Assembly (NCBI GenBank): GCA_964621195.1
Contig: CAZULJ010000002.1
Location: 19,665 to 83,664 of the forward strand
From: an uncultured Candidatus Saccharibacteria bacterium
GTDB taxonomy: Bacteria > Patescibacteriota > Dojkabacteria > SC72
Reading direction: 5' to 3'
DNA length: 64,000 nucleotides
Part shown: positions 30,122-39,411 of the stretch, piece by piece
Layout of the letters: each line of letters opens with the position of its first letter
Position numbering within the stretch: the first letter of the stretch is position 1
Translations under genes and position numbers: made by a program
The notes under the pieces: generated by a model
Seen by the model: only the letters and a program-made list of their open reading frames with translations
What the model was told of the DNA's origin: nothing
The model's database searches: none

Positions 30122-32265
30122 TGAAAAATAGTGAATTAATAGTTATTAAAAATATTAATAAGAGTTTTCCTGTTGGTGATAGGATAAATACAGTATTAAA
30201 AGATATATCTTTTAATATTAACAAAGGAGAGTTAATTACAATATTCGGCCCTTCTGGATGTGGTAAGTCCACACTACTACATATAATAATGGGTATTGAA
30301 AGGCCAGAATCTGGTTGTATAAAAATCTTCGGTATTGACTTATGGAAGATGAATGCAGATGACAGATCTGATATGAGGAAAAGAAACATAGGTGTTGTAT
30401 ACCAACAACAGAATTGGATTAAATCTCTTAGTATAATAGAGAATCTGGCCTTAACCTCCCAGTTACTTGGTTTCAATAAAAAGGACTCTATAAAAAAAGC
30501 AGAAGAAAGTATCTTATTAGTAGGTCTTAATGGATATCGAGATAAATATCCCTCCGAGCTATCTTCCGGTGAACAACAAAAAGCAGGTCTTGCAAGGGCT
30601 ATTATATCTAATCCGCAGGTTATAATAGCCGATGAACCTACGGGAAATCTAGATACAAAGAGTGGATATGATGTTTTAAATATACTGCAAAAGCTTGTGA
30701 GCCAAGGTAAGACAGTTGTTTTGGTTACGCACAATCCAGAATATCTTGAACATTCTGATAGGGTTGTGATTATGAAAGATGGGAATATATTAGATATTGT
30801 AACTAAAACAGGAAACACAAGAGATATTGTTGAAAGAAAACTCTTAGAAGATACGCCAAAACATACTAATGGCAATGATAGTCCTAATATTAAAATAGTT
30901 GAAGAAAATGACTATCCTGAGAGAAGTATCTTTACAAGATTTCAGCAAAATATCTCACTAATAATAAAATTCTTCATAGAATCTACCATTGTATTTATAA
31001 ACATCCTATTACTAAAATTTAATAAAGGAGAGATCCTAGATAGGTATGTAGGTAGTAAAAACAAAAAATTCTCAAAAGAAATAGGAAGCATCTATCTAAC
31101 GGAACTCTCTCTCAAGAATCTCTTCTATAAAAAATTCAGAACAATAATTACAATACTAGGAGTAGGTTTAGGGACTGGATTTGTATTACTTTTGCTTTCA
31201 CTTGGGTATGGCTTGGAAAAGGTAATTCTTGATGAAATAACAGAAGTAAAGGATCTTAAACAATTAGAAGTATTTCCAAAAGTAGGAAGTCTACTAACCC
31301 TTGATCAAGAACTCATAGAGAAAATTAAAAATGTTCCAGGAGTAGAGAAAGTATATAAAGTTAAGAGTATACCTGGCAGAATAAACTATGAAGGCTCAAG
31401 TACTGATGTTGTTTTGTATGGTATTGAAAGTGGCTATTTAGAGGATAGCTCAACAAAAAAAATAGAAGGAGAATATATTATTAAAACTTCCGATAATATG
31501 GATATAATGCTTAATAATGAATACCTGAATGTTCTTGGTCTTAAAAAAGATGAAATTGTTGGTAAGAAAATTGAGCTAGAAGTTGTAAAAACTATACCCT
31601 CAGATGAAACAAAGCAAGAGCCCCTCTCTTTAAAGATTGTAGGAATAGTAGAAGATGATTCCCCCCCAGTGGCATATATGAAAATAGAAGAAGTTATAAA
31701 ATACTCTACACAGGATTACTCACAAGCAACAGTAATTATTAAGGATGATTCTGTAATAGATAATGTCAGAAGGCAAATAGAATCCCTTGGCCTAGAATCC
31801 TTCTCTATCATGGATACAATAACCCAAGTAGAAACACTATTTACATATGTAAGGTATGGATTACTTCTCTTTGGAATAATAGCATTTAGTGTTGCATTTT
31901 TAGGAATGGTAAACACTTTAGTAGTATCACTCCTAGAAAGAACTAGGGAAGTAGGCCTTATGAAAATAGTGGGTATGAAGAAAGATGAGATAATGACAAT
32001 CTTCATTACCGAATCTATGTTCATTGGCTTCCTTGGAGGATTAATAGGTATTGCAGCTGGTTATGTAGGAGGTCTTTTCGTCTCTCTACTTGTATATATA
32101 CTATCGATATCTCGAGGAGTTGATTTTGTTAATATTTCATACATACCTTGCTCTGTTGTTATTCTTGTTGTCGTATGTACTACACTTCTTGGATTCTTTA
32201 CGGGGTTGTATCCTGCTAAAAGAGCAGTAAAGATACCTCCTCTTAATGCTATGAGGTACGAATAA
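30121..32265 (+). CDS. MacB-like fused ABC ATPase and FtsX-type permease
   Basis: GPSGCGKST, LSSGEQQ, IIADEPTGNLD; ERTREVGLMK; C-terminal PAKRA..P.NAMRYE. Confidence 0.9.
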   Translation: MKNSELIVIKNINKSFPVGDRINTVLKDISFNINKGELITIFGPSGCGKSTLLHIIMGIERPESGCIKIFGIDLWKMNADDRSDMRKRNIGVVYQQQNWIKSLSIIENLALTSQLLGFNKKDSIKKAEESILLVGLNGYRDKYPSELSSGEQQKAGLARAIISNPQVIIADEPTGNLDTKSGYDVLNILQKLVSQGKTVVLVTHNPEYLEHSDRVVIMKDGNILDIVTKTGNTRDIVERKLLEDTPKHTNGNDSPNIKIVEENDYPERSIFTRFQQNISLIIKFFIESTIVFINILLLKFNKGEILDRYVGSKNKKFSKEIGSIYLTELSLKNLFYKKFRTIITILGVGLGTGFVLLLLSLGYGLEKVILDEITEVKDLKQLEVFPKVGSLLTLDQELIEKIKNVPGVEKVYKVKSIPGRINYEGSSTDVVLYGIESGYLEDSSTKKIEGEYIIKTSDNMDIMLNNEYLNVLGLKKDEIVGKKIELEVVKTIPSDETKQEPLSLKIVGIVEDDSPPVAYMKIEEVIKYSTQDYSQATVIIKDDSVIDNVRRQIESLGLESFSIMDTITQVETLFTYVRYGLLLFGIIAFSVAFLGMVNTLVVSLLERTREVGLMKIVGMKKDEIMTIFITESMFIGFLGGLIGIAAGYVGGLFVSLLVYILSISRGVDFVNISYIPCSVVILVVVCTTLLGFFTGLYPAKRAVKIPPLNAMRYE

Positions 32266-32282
32266 ATTTTAAATAAATAGTT

Positions 32283-33137
32283 ATGAAATTAACAAGATTA
32301 GAAAAAATTTTAATAGTTTTAATAGTTGGTATATTAGCTAGTACCTTTGTAATAACTAAGGTTCTTGCAGAACAAAGTACTGGTACTCCAAACTCTGAAG
32401 TCAATTCTGTGATCAAGGATGTATACGAGAATCTAGTTAATTTAGAGTATGGATCCGAGACAGGATCTAATGGCCCTATGTGGAACAGAATAATATCTTC
32501 TAGCTTATGGGTACCAGAGGGTACTATTACAGAGGCAGATGTAGTAAATGGTAAAACATTTTTTAATAGTAGTAGAGTAGAAAAAACCGGTACTTTAGAT
32601 TTTCCAAAATACGAAGATATGTCTTTACAAGCAAAAGACTATAGAGATTCAAGTGCCTCTACTACTTGGAGCTCTTGGACCTTGACAAGTGGTGCTGCTA
32701 CAACAGGTGTATACAAAGATAATAGGACGGGGTTATATTGGAGTGCAATGCTGGGTTCTGCAAATTCATTTACAAACGAATTTACAATAGCATCGTGCCC
32801 CTTTTTTACAACGGTACCTAGGGGTGATTATAACGGTGGTAATGTAAATTGTGGTAATGCTATAAATACCTGTGCAACTCTATCCCTTGATTTAAATGGT
32901 GACTCAACTCCAGAAACTAAATGGTACTTACCAACACAAGCAGAACTTATGCAGGCATATTTAAATGGTATAAACTTATCTACCAATACTACATGGGTAA
33001 CAGGGAATAATTTTTGGTCCAGTACCGAGAATCAGTCTACTAATACGTACGCATGGAACGCCTACCTTAACGGTGGCTATACCGCTATCAATAATAAGAT
33101 TACAAGTTATTCAGTTCGTTGTGTCCACAGGGATTGA
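32283..33137 (+). CDS. DGR target protein, secreted, with a C-terminal CLec-fold (DUF1566/Lcl-like) domain
   Basis: Signal peptide (VLA), DNRTGLYW, WYLPTQAEL, FWSSTE..AW..SVRCV; the 3' end is the VR. Confidence 0.9.
   Translation: MKLTRLEKILIVLIVGILASTFVITKVLAEQSTGTPNSEVNSVIKDVYENLVNLEYGSETGSNGPMWNRIISSSLWVPEGTITEADVVNGKTFFNSSRVEKTGTLDFPKYEDMSLQAKDYRDSSASTTWSSWTLTSGAATTGVYKDNRTGLYWSAMLGSANSFTNEFTIASCPFFTTVPRGDYNGGNVNCGNAINTCATLSLDLNGDSTPETKWYLPTQAELMQAYLNGINLSTNTTWVTGNNFWSSTENQSTNTYAWNAYLNGGYTAINNKITSYSVRCVHRD
33012..33133 (+). repeat. DGR variable repeat (VR)
   Basis: 122-nt copy of 33511-33632 with 14 substitutions, all opposite TR adenines. Confidence 0.97.
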
Positions 33138-33510
33138 TAGGAGGGTTCTAGTATAAGTATATAGGGTTGTCCGCCCTGTCTGTAATTGATATCCCATTAA
33201 ACTTGTTTTGCTGAACCCGATTAGCCTAGCAGTGAAAATGTAGAACACAGTCTTAAATCTATAGGTCTCTAGGTCGCTGAACTCTTGGAGAGTATAATAT
33301 CTGCTAGGCAATTTAAATATTGAAATGTCTATTTTGATATGTGATTATGACTTATGCAGGATCTTACATTCTCAACCTTGTTTTAGGCTCTGGTTTGTAA
33401 GGGGGGCGTAATATATAATCCTACTTGCTATACCCATTGGGTACTAAGATTCAAAAAGTCTTTTTATAAAATCAGACTTTTGGTGAGTAATATAAATTAG
33501 CAAGTTTCCG

Positions 33511-33632
33511 TTTTGGTCCAGTACCGAGAATCAGAATAATAATACGAACGCATGGAACACAAACCTTAACAATGGAAATACCAATAACAATAATAAGATT
33601 ACAAGTTATTCAGTTCGTTGTGTCCACAGGGA
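33511..33632 (+). ncRNA. DGR template repeat (TR)
   Basis: Intergenic, rich in AAT/AAC triplets (14 in the target frame), A-containing counterpart of the VR. Confidence 0.95.
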
Positions 33633-33641
33633 GAATATATT

Positions 33642-33992
33642 ATGCCTCATGCAAGTAATACTTTATATTTAACACTATATAAATTTATACAGTATTTGTA
33701 TTGTGTTGTTCGCAATTTCCCCAAAGAGTACAAATATACACTTGGTGCAGATATTTTAAATCTCTCTTGGAAATCTCTTGATTATATTATTGTCGCTAAT
33801 TCGGTTAGTAACAAGGAGAAGAAAAAATATCTTGAAAAGGCAGTAGCTGTGTTTCTTAGTCTTAAATATAGATTAAGGCTCTCTAGTGATTTAAAACTGT
33901 TTAACAATAAGAGGTATGCGTATGTTCTAGAAAACTATCTTGAAATAGAAAAAATATTAAACGGTTGGCTTGCTTGGTCTAAAAGACAGTAG
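33642..33992 (+). CDS. avd: DGR accessory variability determinant (Avd-like four-helix bundle)
   Basis: Basic ~116 aa with FPKEYKYTLG, LRLSSDLK, EIEKILNGW; ATG at 33642, just after the TR. Confidence 0.85.
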   Translation: MPHASNTLYLTLYKFIQYLYCVVRNFPKEYKYTLGADILNLSWKSLDYIIVANSVSNKEKKKYLEKAVAVFLSLKYRLRLSSDLKLFNNKRYAYVLENYLEIEKILNGWLAWSKRQ

Positions 33993-35162
33993 ATTATTCT
34001 GAGGTTCGATATATTCTTTCAGTTTACCAAAGTGTTTGTTGTAGAGGTTGTTTCTTAGTAGGTAAGAATTACTCCATTTCAAGTGTCCAAATGTAGAATT
34101 AATGCTTGTACAAAGAGCCTTAATATCTTTTTGAGTGATATTTTCCCCTAGAGGTATTCTTTCTTCCATACAGAGCTTTCTGTTTATTAGGTATCCTTTG
34201 TTAAAGTAGTATAGCTTTCTTTCTAAATTTGCTAAAACCCTGTTTCTACACAGTGTGAATCTTGGTTTAACTATGTATCCCACAAAGTCTATTCCTTGGT
34301 ATACACTTCCATATTTTGTTTTGTTGCTCTTGATTTTTAATCTAAGCCTTTTTTGTAGGAATAACTCTACCTTTCTTTTGATAATTTCTAAGGTATCTAT
34401 ATCTTCTGAGAGAAATAGCATATCGTCGGCGTATCTCAGATAGTATTTTACCTCTAGTTTCCTTTTAATATATTGATCTACTTCATTTAGATATAGATTT
34501 GCGAAGAATTGCGAGGTTAAGTTACCAATCGCAAGTCCTTTACCTTTCGGTATTGTGAACAGGCTTTTATTCTTTGGAAGGCTACCTATTATTTTGAAAC
34601 TGCCTTTCTTTTTATAATTACTACATGGGTCATGGAATATAATTTTTGAGATTAGCCATATCAAATCTGCCTTGTCTTTTTTGTTGAAATTAAGGCGGTT
34701 TATTTCCTTTTTGAGAATTCTATAAAGTATTTCCTTGTCTATTGAATAAAAAAAGCTCTCAATATCGAGTTTAAGATAGTACGCCTGTTTGGTATTGTTA
34801 TGAGTAATTTTTTTTATAAACCGTTTCAATCTCCTTATGCCCAGGAGAGCTCCTTTGTTTTTTCTACAAGCAAGAGAGTCGTATATAAATTTTTTGTCAA
34901 TAGGTCTTTCAATATGATTAATAAGCAGGTGGTGTACAATCCTGTCTCTAAAACTTGCCGCAAAGATCTCTCTTGTAGTGGGATAGGTAATTACAAAGCA
35001 CTGAGACTTACCTATTGTATACCTTCTGTTAAGAAGTTCTTCATGGAGAATGTAAAGATTGTTTTCAAGAGATTCTTCAAACTCAGAAGCATATTTGCAA
35101 TTTCTTTTTCCTTTTCTGCATGCAGAGTATGCTTGAAGAAGTGATGATAGTTCAAAAACCAT
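33957..35162 (-). CDS. DGR-type reverse transcriptase
   Basis: REIFAASFRDRIVHH, LKLDIESFF, GLAIGNLTSQFFANLYL, RYADD, GIDFVGY; no endonuclease domain. Confidence 0.95.
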   Translation of the reverse strand: MVFELSSLLQAYSACRKGKRNCKYASEFEESLENNLYILHEELLNRRYTIGKSQCFVITYPTTREIFAASFRDRIVHHLLINHIERPIDKKFIYDSLACRKNKGALLGIRRLKRFIKKITHNNTKQAYYLKLDIESFFYSIDKEILYRILKKEINRLNFNKKDKADLIWLISKIIFHDPCSNYKKKGSFKIIGSLPKNKSLFTIPKGKGLAIGNLTSQFFANLYLNEVDQYIKRKLEVKYYLRYADDMLFLSEDIDTLEIIKRKVELFLQKRLRLKIKSNKTKYGSVYQGIDFVGYIVKPRFTLCRNRVLANLERKLYYFNKGYLINRKLCMEERIPLGENITQKDIKALCTSINSTFGHLKWSNSYLLRNNLYNKHFGKLKEYIEPQNNLLSFRPSKPTV

Positions 35163-35623
35163 ATCGCGATATATTATATAAATGGTATAGAGTAAGTATC
35201 TTGGGCCTAATAATACTTGGGAACCTATGCAAAATTATAGTGAATCTGCAATTCTTAACTATGAAGATCTTAACAGTTCAAGATTGTTACATCTGATATG
35301 AAGAGTTTTTAAAAGACATACAGATATATTACAGGAAAAAGTTGAAATAAACTCTTCCCGATTGTTGTTAACTATGTTGATTTGTATATTAGGGGCAATA
35401 GCTAGAAAGTAAGCTCTAAAAATGATATCATTACAAAGTCCTTGATAACCATGTTTTGTGGTTGGTAAAGAAATATTAAAGAATAATTGATTAATGAACA
35501 TTTTGAAAAATATATATACTAAAAAATATATACTACAAGAACTCTTTGATGTAGGAGATCGTAATTAGATCTTCCTATTTTTCTTCACCAAAAAAGGATG
35601 AATAAATTTTTAACAATACTCTT

Positions 35624-37144
35624 ATGGAGTTAATTATTGGTATTGTTGCAACACTCGTCGGAGGTATTTCTGTGTTTTCCTACCTCAAGTATGTACAGAA
35701 GTGGGTAAATATTAAGGATATTCCCGAGGAAGAAGTAGAGAGAGTTGCAAACAAGATAATCGGTAACAAGATAGCACAAACCGAGAAAGAATTAGAAGAA
35801 AACAAAAGAAGGGCAGAAGATAGACTCCGCGAACTTCGAAAAGAAACTCAGGAGCATGAGGAACTTCTTCTTGATAGGGAGAAGAAATTAAATGAGAGAA
35901 CTAAGATGCTCGATCAAAAAAGTGAAGAACTCGAGAGTGCTTCTGAGAATGTAAAGAAAATGCAAAGAGGTCTTGAAAATACAAGGAATCAATTGAAAGA
36001 AGAATTGGAAAGGATTTCAGGATTAACTCAGGATGAAGCAAGACAGAAACTTATGAGTCAGGTTGATGAGGATATCAAAAACTATGAAGCTAAGAAAATT
36101 AGGCAGGCAGAGAAAAGAGTAGAAGAAGTAGCAGAGGAGAAGGCAAGGCATATTCTTGTTGAATCTATGCAAAGAATTGCAACTGACTATGTAGGTGAAA
36201 CTACTACGTCTTCTATTAAAATTGAAGATGATAAAGTAAAGGGTAGAGTTATTGGTAAAGAGGGTAGAAATATCAGGGCATTTGAAAAGCTTACCGGTGT
36301 TGACGTTATTGTCGATGAATCTCCAAATACAATAGCTCTTTCATCTTTTGATCCTTTGAGAAGAGAGATTGCTTCTGTTGCACTTACCAAATTGATTGGT
36401 GATGGAAGAATTCATCCAGGATCTATCGAAGAGGCTATTAGAAAGGCAAAGAATGAGATTTCAATTGAAATAAAAAAGAATGGTCAAATTCTTGCAGAAG
36501 AAGCTGATTGGCCAGGTATAGATATCGGATTGTTAAAGCTTATTGGTAAGATGAAATATAGAACTAGTTATGGGCAGTCCTTAATGTCTCACACTATCGA
36601 AATGATGAGAATGGGAGAAGTTCTAGCTGCAGAAGTTGGAGCTGATGTAGGTCTTGTTAAAAAGGCATGTCTATTACATGATGTTGGTAAGGTATTAACT
36701 CATAAGATTGAGAGTCCTCATCATCATATTTCTGGTCAGGTTGCTCGTAAATATGGTTTAGATGAGAAATTGGTGAATGCAATTGAAGCTCATCACTTGG
36801 ATATTGAACCACAATCTGTTGAAGCTGTATTGGTATATATTGCGGATGCAATCTCTGGTGCAAGACCAGGTGCAAGAAAAGATAGCTATGAACAGTATAT
36901 TCAAAGGATTGAATCTTTAGAGAATGTTGCAAAGGAATTGGCTGGAGATAAGATTGAAGAGGTGTTTGCTATTAAGGCTGGTAGAGAATTAAGAATAATT
37001 GTTAAACCTGCTTTGATATCTGACGATGAAATGACTGTACTTGCAAAGGATATCGCGTCTAGTATTGAGAAGACTCAGAATTATCCTGGTAATGTAGAAG
37101 TTACATTAATCAGAGAAACTAGAGCTATTGAGGTCGCAAGATAG
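35624..37144 (+). CDS. rny: Ribonuclease Y
   Basis: TM, coiled coil, KH domain (KGRVIGKEGRNIR), HD domain (LLHDVGK), ADAISGARPGAR. Confidence 0.96.
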   Translation: MELIIGIVATLVGGISVFSYLKYVQKWVNIKDIPEEEVERVANKIIGNKIAQTEKELEENKRRAEDRLRELRKETQEHEELLLDREKKLNERTKMLDQKSEELESASENVKKMQRGLENTRNQLKEELERISGLTQDEARQKLMSQVDEDIKNYEAKKIRQAEKRVEEVAEEKARHILVESMQRIATDYVGETTTSSIKIEDDKVKGRVIGKEGRNIRAFEKLTGVDVIVDESPNTIALSSFDPLRREIASVALTKLIGDGRIHPGSIEEAIRKAKNEISIEIKKNGQILAEEADWPGIDIGLLKLIGKMKYRTSYGQSLMSHTIEMMRMGEVLAAEVGADVGLVKKACLLHDVGKVLTHKIESPHHHISGQVARKYGLDEKLVNAIEAHHLDIEPQSVEAVLVYIADAISGARPGARKDSYEQYIQRIESLENVAKELAGDKIEEVFAIKAGRELRIIVKPALISDDEMTVLAKDIASSIEKTQNYPGNVEVTLIRETRAIEVAR

Positions 37145-37189
37145 GTAACTTCTAGTAGTCATTACTACAGGGCAATGATTAGAGTTATT

Positions 37190-37220
37190 AAAAGGGAGGA
37201 AAATAAATCCTCCCTTTTTG
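37190..37220 (+). terminator. Terminator after rny
   Basis: AAAAGGGAGGA-loop-TCCTCCCTTTTT. Confidence 0.8.
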
Positions 37221-37588
37221 TTCTTTCAGAAAGGCTTTTGATCAAATATTGTCCTAGAAAAATAGGGGGAGTTGAAAACGTTAGAATATATTGTAGACAT
37301 CCAAAAACGCTGGTAGAAAAGCTTTTTCTGGTAGTTTGCTCATGAAACCTTGTGATATCAATATGAATTGCTTCACGGAGTTAATATCTTATTCACAAAT
37401 ATTACCCAATCTTGAGGGGGAAACTCTTGACAGTAAAAGCTTTTTAGTAGCTACGGATGAAAAATCCTATAACAATAAGGTTCTTGATGTGACCCTTTAT
37501 TTACGCTATTTTAATCATGTGGTAGCACGAATCGGATGATATCAGGATTCGTGGCACCCGTATCTCTAAGAAAGGAGGTTTTAAACAC

Positions 37589-37861
37589 ATGTTAAAGAAA
37601 GATTTAGTAGAGAGAGTTGCAAAAGCTGCAGGTCTTACTAAGAAGCAAGCTGGTGAGGCTGTTGATGCATTATTTGATGCAATCACAGGATCTCTTAAGG
37701 CTGGTGATCCTGTTTTACTAACAGGATTCGGTAAGTTCGAAGTAAGAGAGAGAGCTGCTAGAACAGGTATCAATCCTAAGACTCTTGAGAAGATCAAGTT
37801 ACCAGCATCCAAGGTTCCTGCCTTTAAAGCTGGAAAAGCTCTTAAGGTTGCTGTTAAGTAA
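37589..37861 (+). CDS. hup: DNA-binding protein HU
   Basis: [25 protein letters not shown]; strong AAGGAGG ribosome-binding site. Confidence 0.95.
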   Translation: MLKKDLVERVAKAAGLTKKQAGEAVDALFDAITGSLKAGDPVLLTGFGKFEVRERAARTGINPKTLEKIKLPASKVPAFKAGKALKVAVK

Positions 37862-37900
37862 GCAATTTCTGCCGGCATTTCTCTCTAGACGAGAGAATTA

Positions 37901-37930
37901 GAAAACCTGGGTTCCTGACCCAGGTTTTTC
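37901..37930 (+). terminator. Terminator after hup
   Basis: AAAACCTGGGT-loop-ACCCAGGTTTTT. Confidence 0.8.
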
Positions 37931-38005
37931 TATTTAAATGGTAGTCTTTATCTTTAACTAGTTGCATGATACTATTTATCAAATATATGATTTCTACTAC
38001 TGCTT

Positions 38006-39397
38006 GTGAGGAAATTTTTTATTCCAAGTAAAGAGAATAGGTACAAGCCATACTTGCTTAGAAAAGCTGCGCTATCTGTTTACACTATTCTTCTTCTCGT
38101 TGTAAATATGTTTGGTGGTCTACTTGGTATCCCAGAAGCAATGGCAAGCTCGATAACTTCTGCCAACATTATTCAGCTCACAAATCAACAAAGAGCAGCC
38201 GCAGGTCTCAATACTCTTAATTCTGACTCAAGGCTTGCTGCAGCGGCTCTAGCGAAGGCTAACAACATGTTTGAACAGCAGTACTGGGATCACTTCGGGC
38301 CCAATGGGGAATCTCCTTGGATGTTTATCTCTGATGCTGGTTATCAGTATGTATATGCCGGAGAAAATCTTGCAAAAGGCTTTAGAACTGCAGAGGGTGT
38401 TCACGAAGCTTGGATGGCCAGTCCAACCCACAAGGAGAATATTATGAGTGGGAATTACAAAGATATTGGAGTTGCAGTTGTAGAAGGAGTATTACTCGGT
38501 AAAGAAACTATTCTTGTTGTTCAGATGTTTGGAAACTTAACGACACAAACTTTCAAAGCAGAAACACCTGTTAAAGCAGAAACTACAAAACCATCTACAC
38601 CGAAAGCAAATATTGTAGATACCGGAGAAATAAAATCGATAAGTATTACAAGTCCAAAGGTTGGGGATTTACTTAATGATGCAAATGTAAATATCCATGG
38701 TACTACAGAAAATGTATCAGGATCATACTCAGTAGAAATATTAAATCACAACACTGTAGTTGGCGAGGTAGGAAGTACTGGAAAAGAGTGGGAGTATGAC
38801 AAAGGATCTGATTGGGAAGAGGGAGAACAGAAAATTGTTGCTCAGATAAAGGGCACAGATGTTCGTTCTTCAGAAGTCAGTTTCGTAGTAGACTCTACCC
38901 CTGCTGAGATAGAGGCACAATCTATAACGGTGAAGAGAACTGAAACAGAATATGAATTAAGTTTTGTAATACCGGAAGAAGCAAAATCTATACAATTGGT
39001 GACAGGAGACAAGACCTTTGATCTTGTTATCGATGAAGAGGGTTTTGCAGTTCTTGGCATATCCAAGAATGATATAGGAGAGAAATCTGTGTTAATAATT
39101 TCTGACAAAGCAGGTAATATTTCAGAGATTGATATCTCTGAATACTTTATGGACGAAGATGAGTCAGTAGTATATACCCCAGATCTTACCCTTTGGGTTC
39201 GTAATATGGTTGGTACTACAGATGGAATTAGCTTGGCAATTGTCTCCTTTGTCTTTATACTTTTAAGCATAGAGGTGTATGTATACTGGAAGAAAGGATT
39301 GTTAGGAAAGAATGCTGGTGGCTTGTTTACACTAGGTGCATGGTGGTTAATTATTTTAGTAGGTGTCTTTAAAGGATTCGGAGGAGTTATTAATTAA
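38006..39397 (+). CDS. CAP (SCP) domain surface protein with an Ig-like region and C-terminal TMs
   Basis: TNQQRAAAGL, YAGENLA, WMASPTHKENI, DIGVAV. Confidence 0.85.
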   Translation: MRKFFIPSKENRYKPYLLRKAALSVYTILLLVVNMFGGLLGIPEAMASSITSANIIQLTNQQRAAAGLNTLNSDSRLAAAALAKANNMFEQQYWDHFGPNGESPWMFISDAGYQYVYAGENLAKGFRTAEGVHEAWMASPTHKENIMSGNYKDIGVAVVEGVLLGKETILVVQMFGNLTTQTFKAETPVKAETTKPSTPKANIVDTGEIKSISITSPKVGDLLNDANVNIHGTTENVSGSYSVEILNHNTVVGEVGSTGKEWEYDKGSDWEEGEQKIVAQIKGTDVRSSEVSFVVDSTPAEIEAQSITVKRTETEYELSFVIPEEAKSIQLVTGDKTFDLVIDEEGFAVLGISKNDIGEKSVLIISDKAGNISEIDISEYFMDEDESVVYTPDLTLWVRNMVGTTDGISLAIVSFVFILLSIEVYVYWKKGLLGKNAGGLFTLGAWWLIILVGVFKGFGGVIN

Positions 39398-39411
39398 ATA
39401 CTGCCCAAAAA

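Larger units (their letters stand above)
33012..35162. mobile_element. Diversity-generating retroelement (VR, TR, avd, RT)
   Basis: All four components are adjacent, with adenine-specific VR/TR divergence. Confidence 0.95.

Noticed and set aside
30108-30875. 255-aa minus-strand ORF
   Set aside because: Typical antisense shadow of an ABC ATPase gene.
33200-33315. Possible 6S RNA (two CTGAAC motifs and an inverted repeat)
   Set aside because: I could not build the long rod with a central bubble by eye; kept only as an unexplained structure.
33618-33641. ORF-track start for avd inside the TR
   Set aside because: That alternative start overlaps the TR 3' end; ATG 33642 gives a typical Avd length.
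33957-35162. RT as a group II intron, retron or CRISPR-associated RT
   Set aside because: No intron domain V/VI, endonuclease domain or cas genes were seen; the TR/VR pair and Avd explain it as a DGR.
35180-35501. 80-aa minus ORF, and a plus-strand GPNNTWEPMQN stretch resembling a chromodomain motif
   Set aside because: Short, interrupted frames without support; probably noncoding or decayed sequence, and the resemblance is likely chance.
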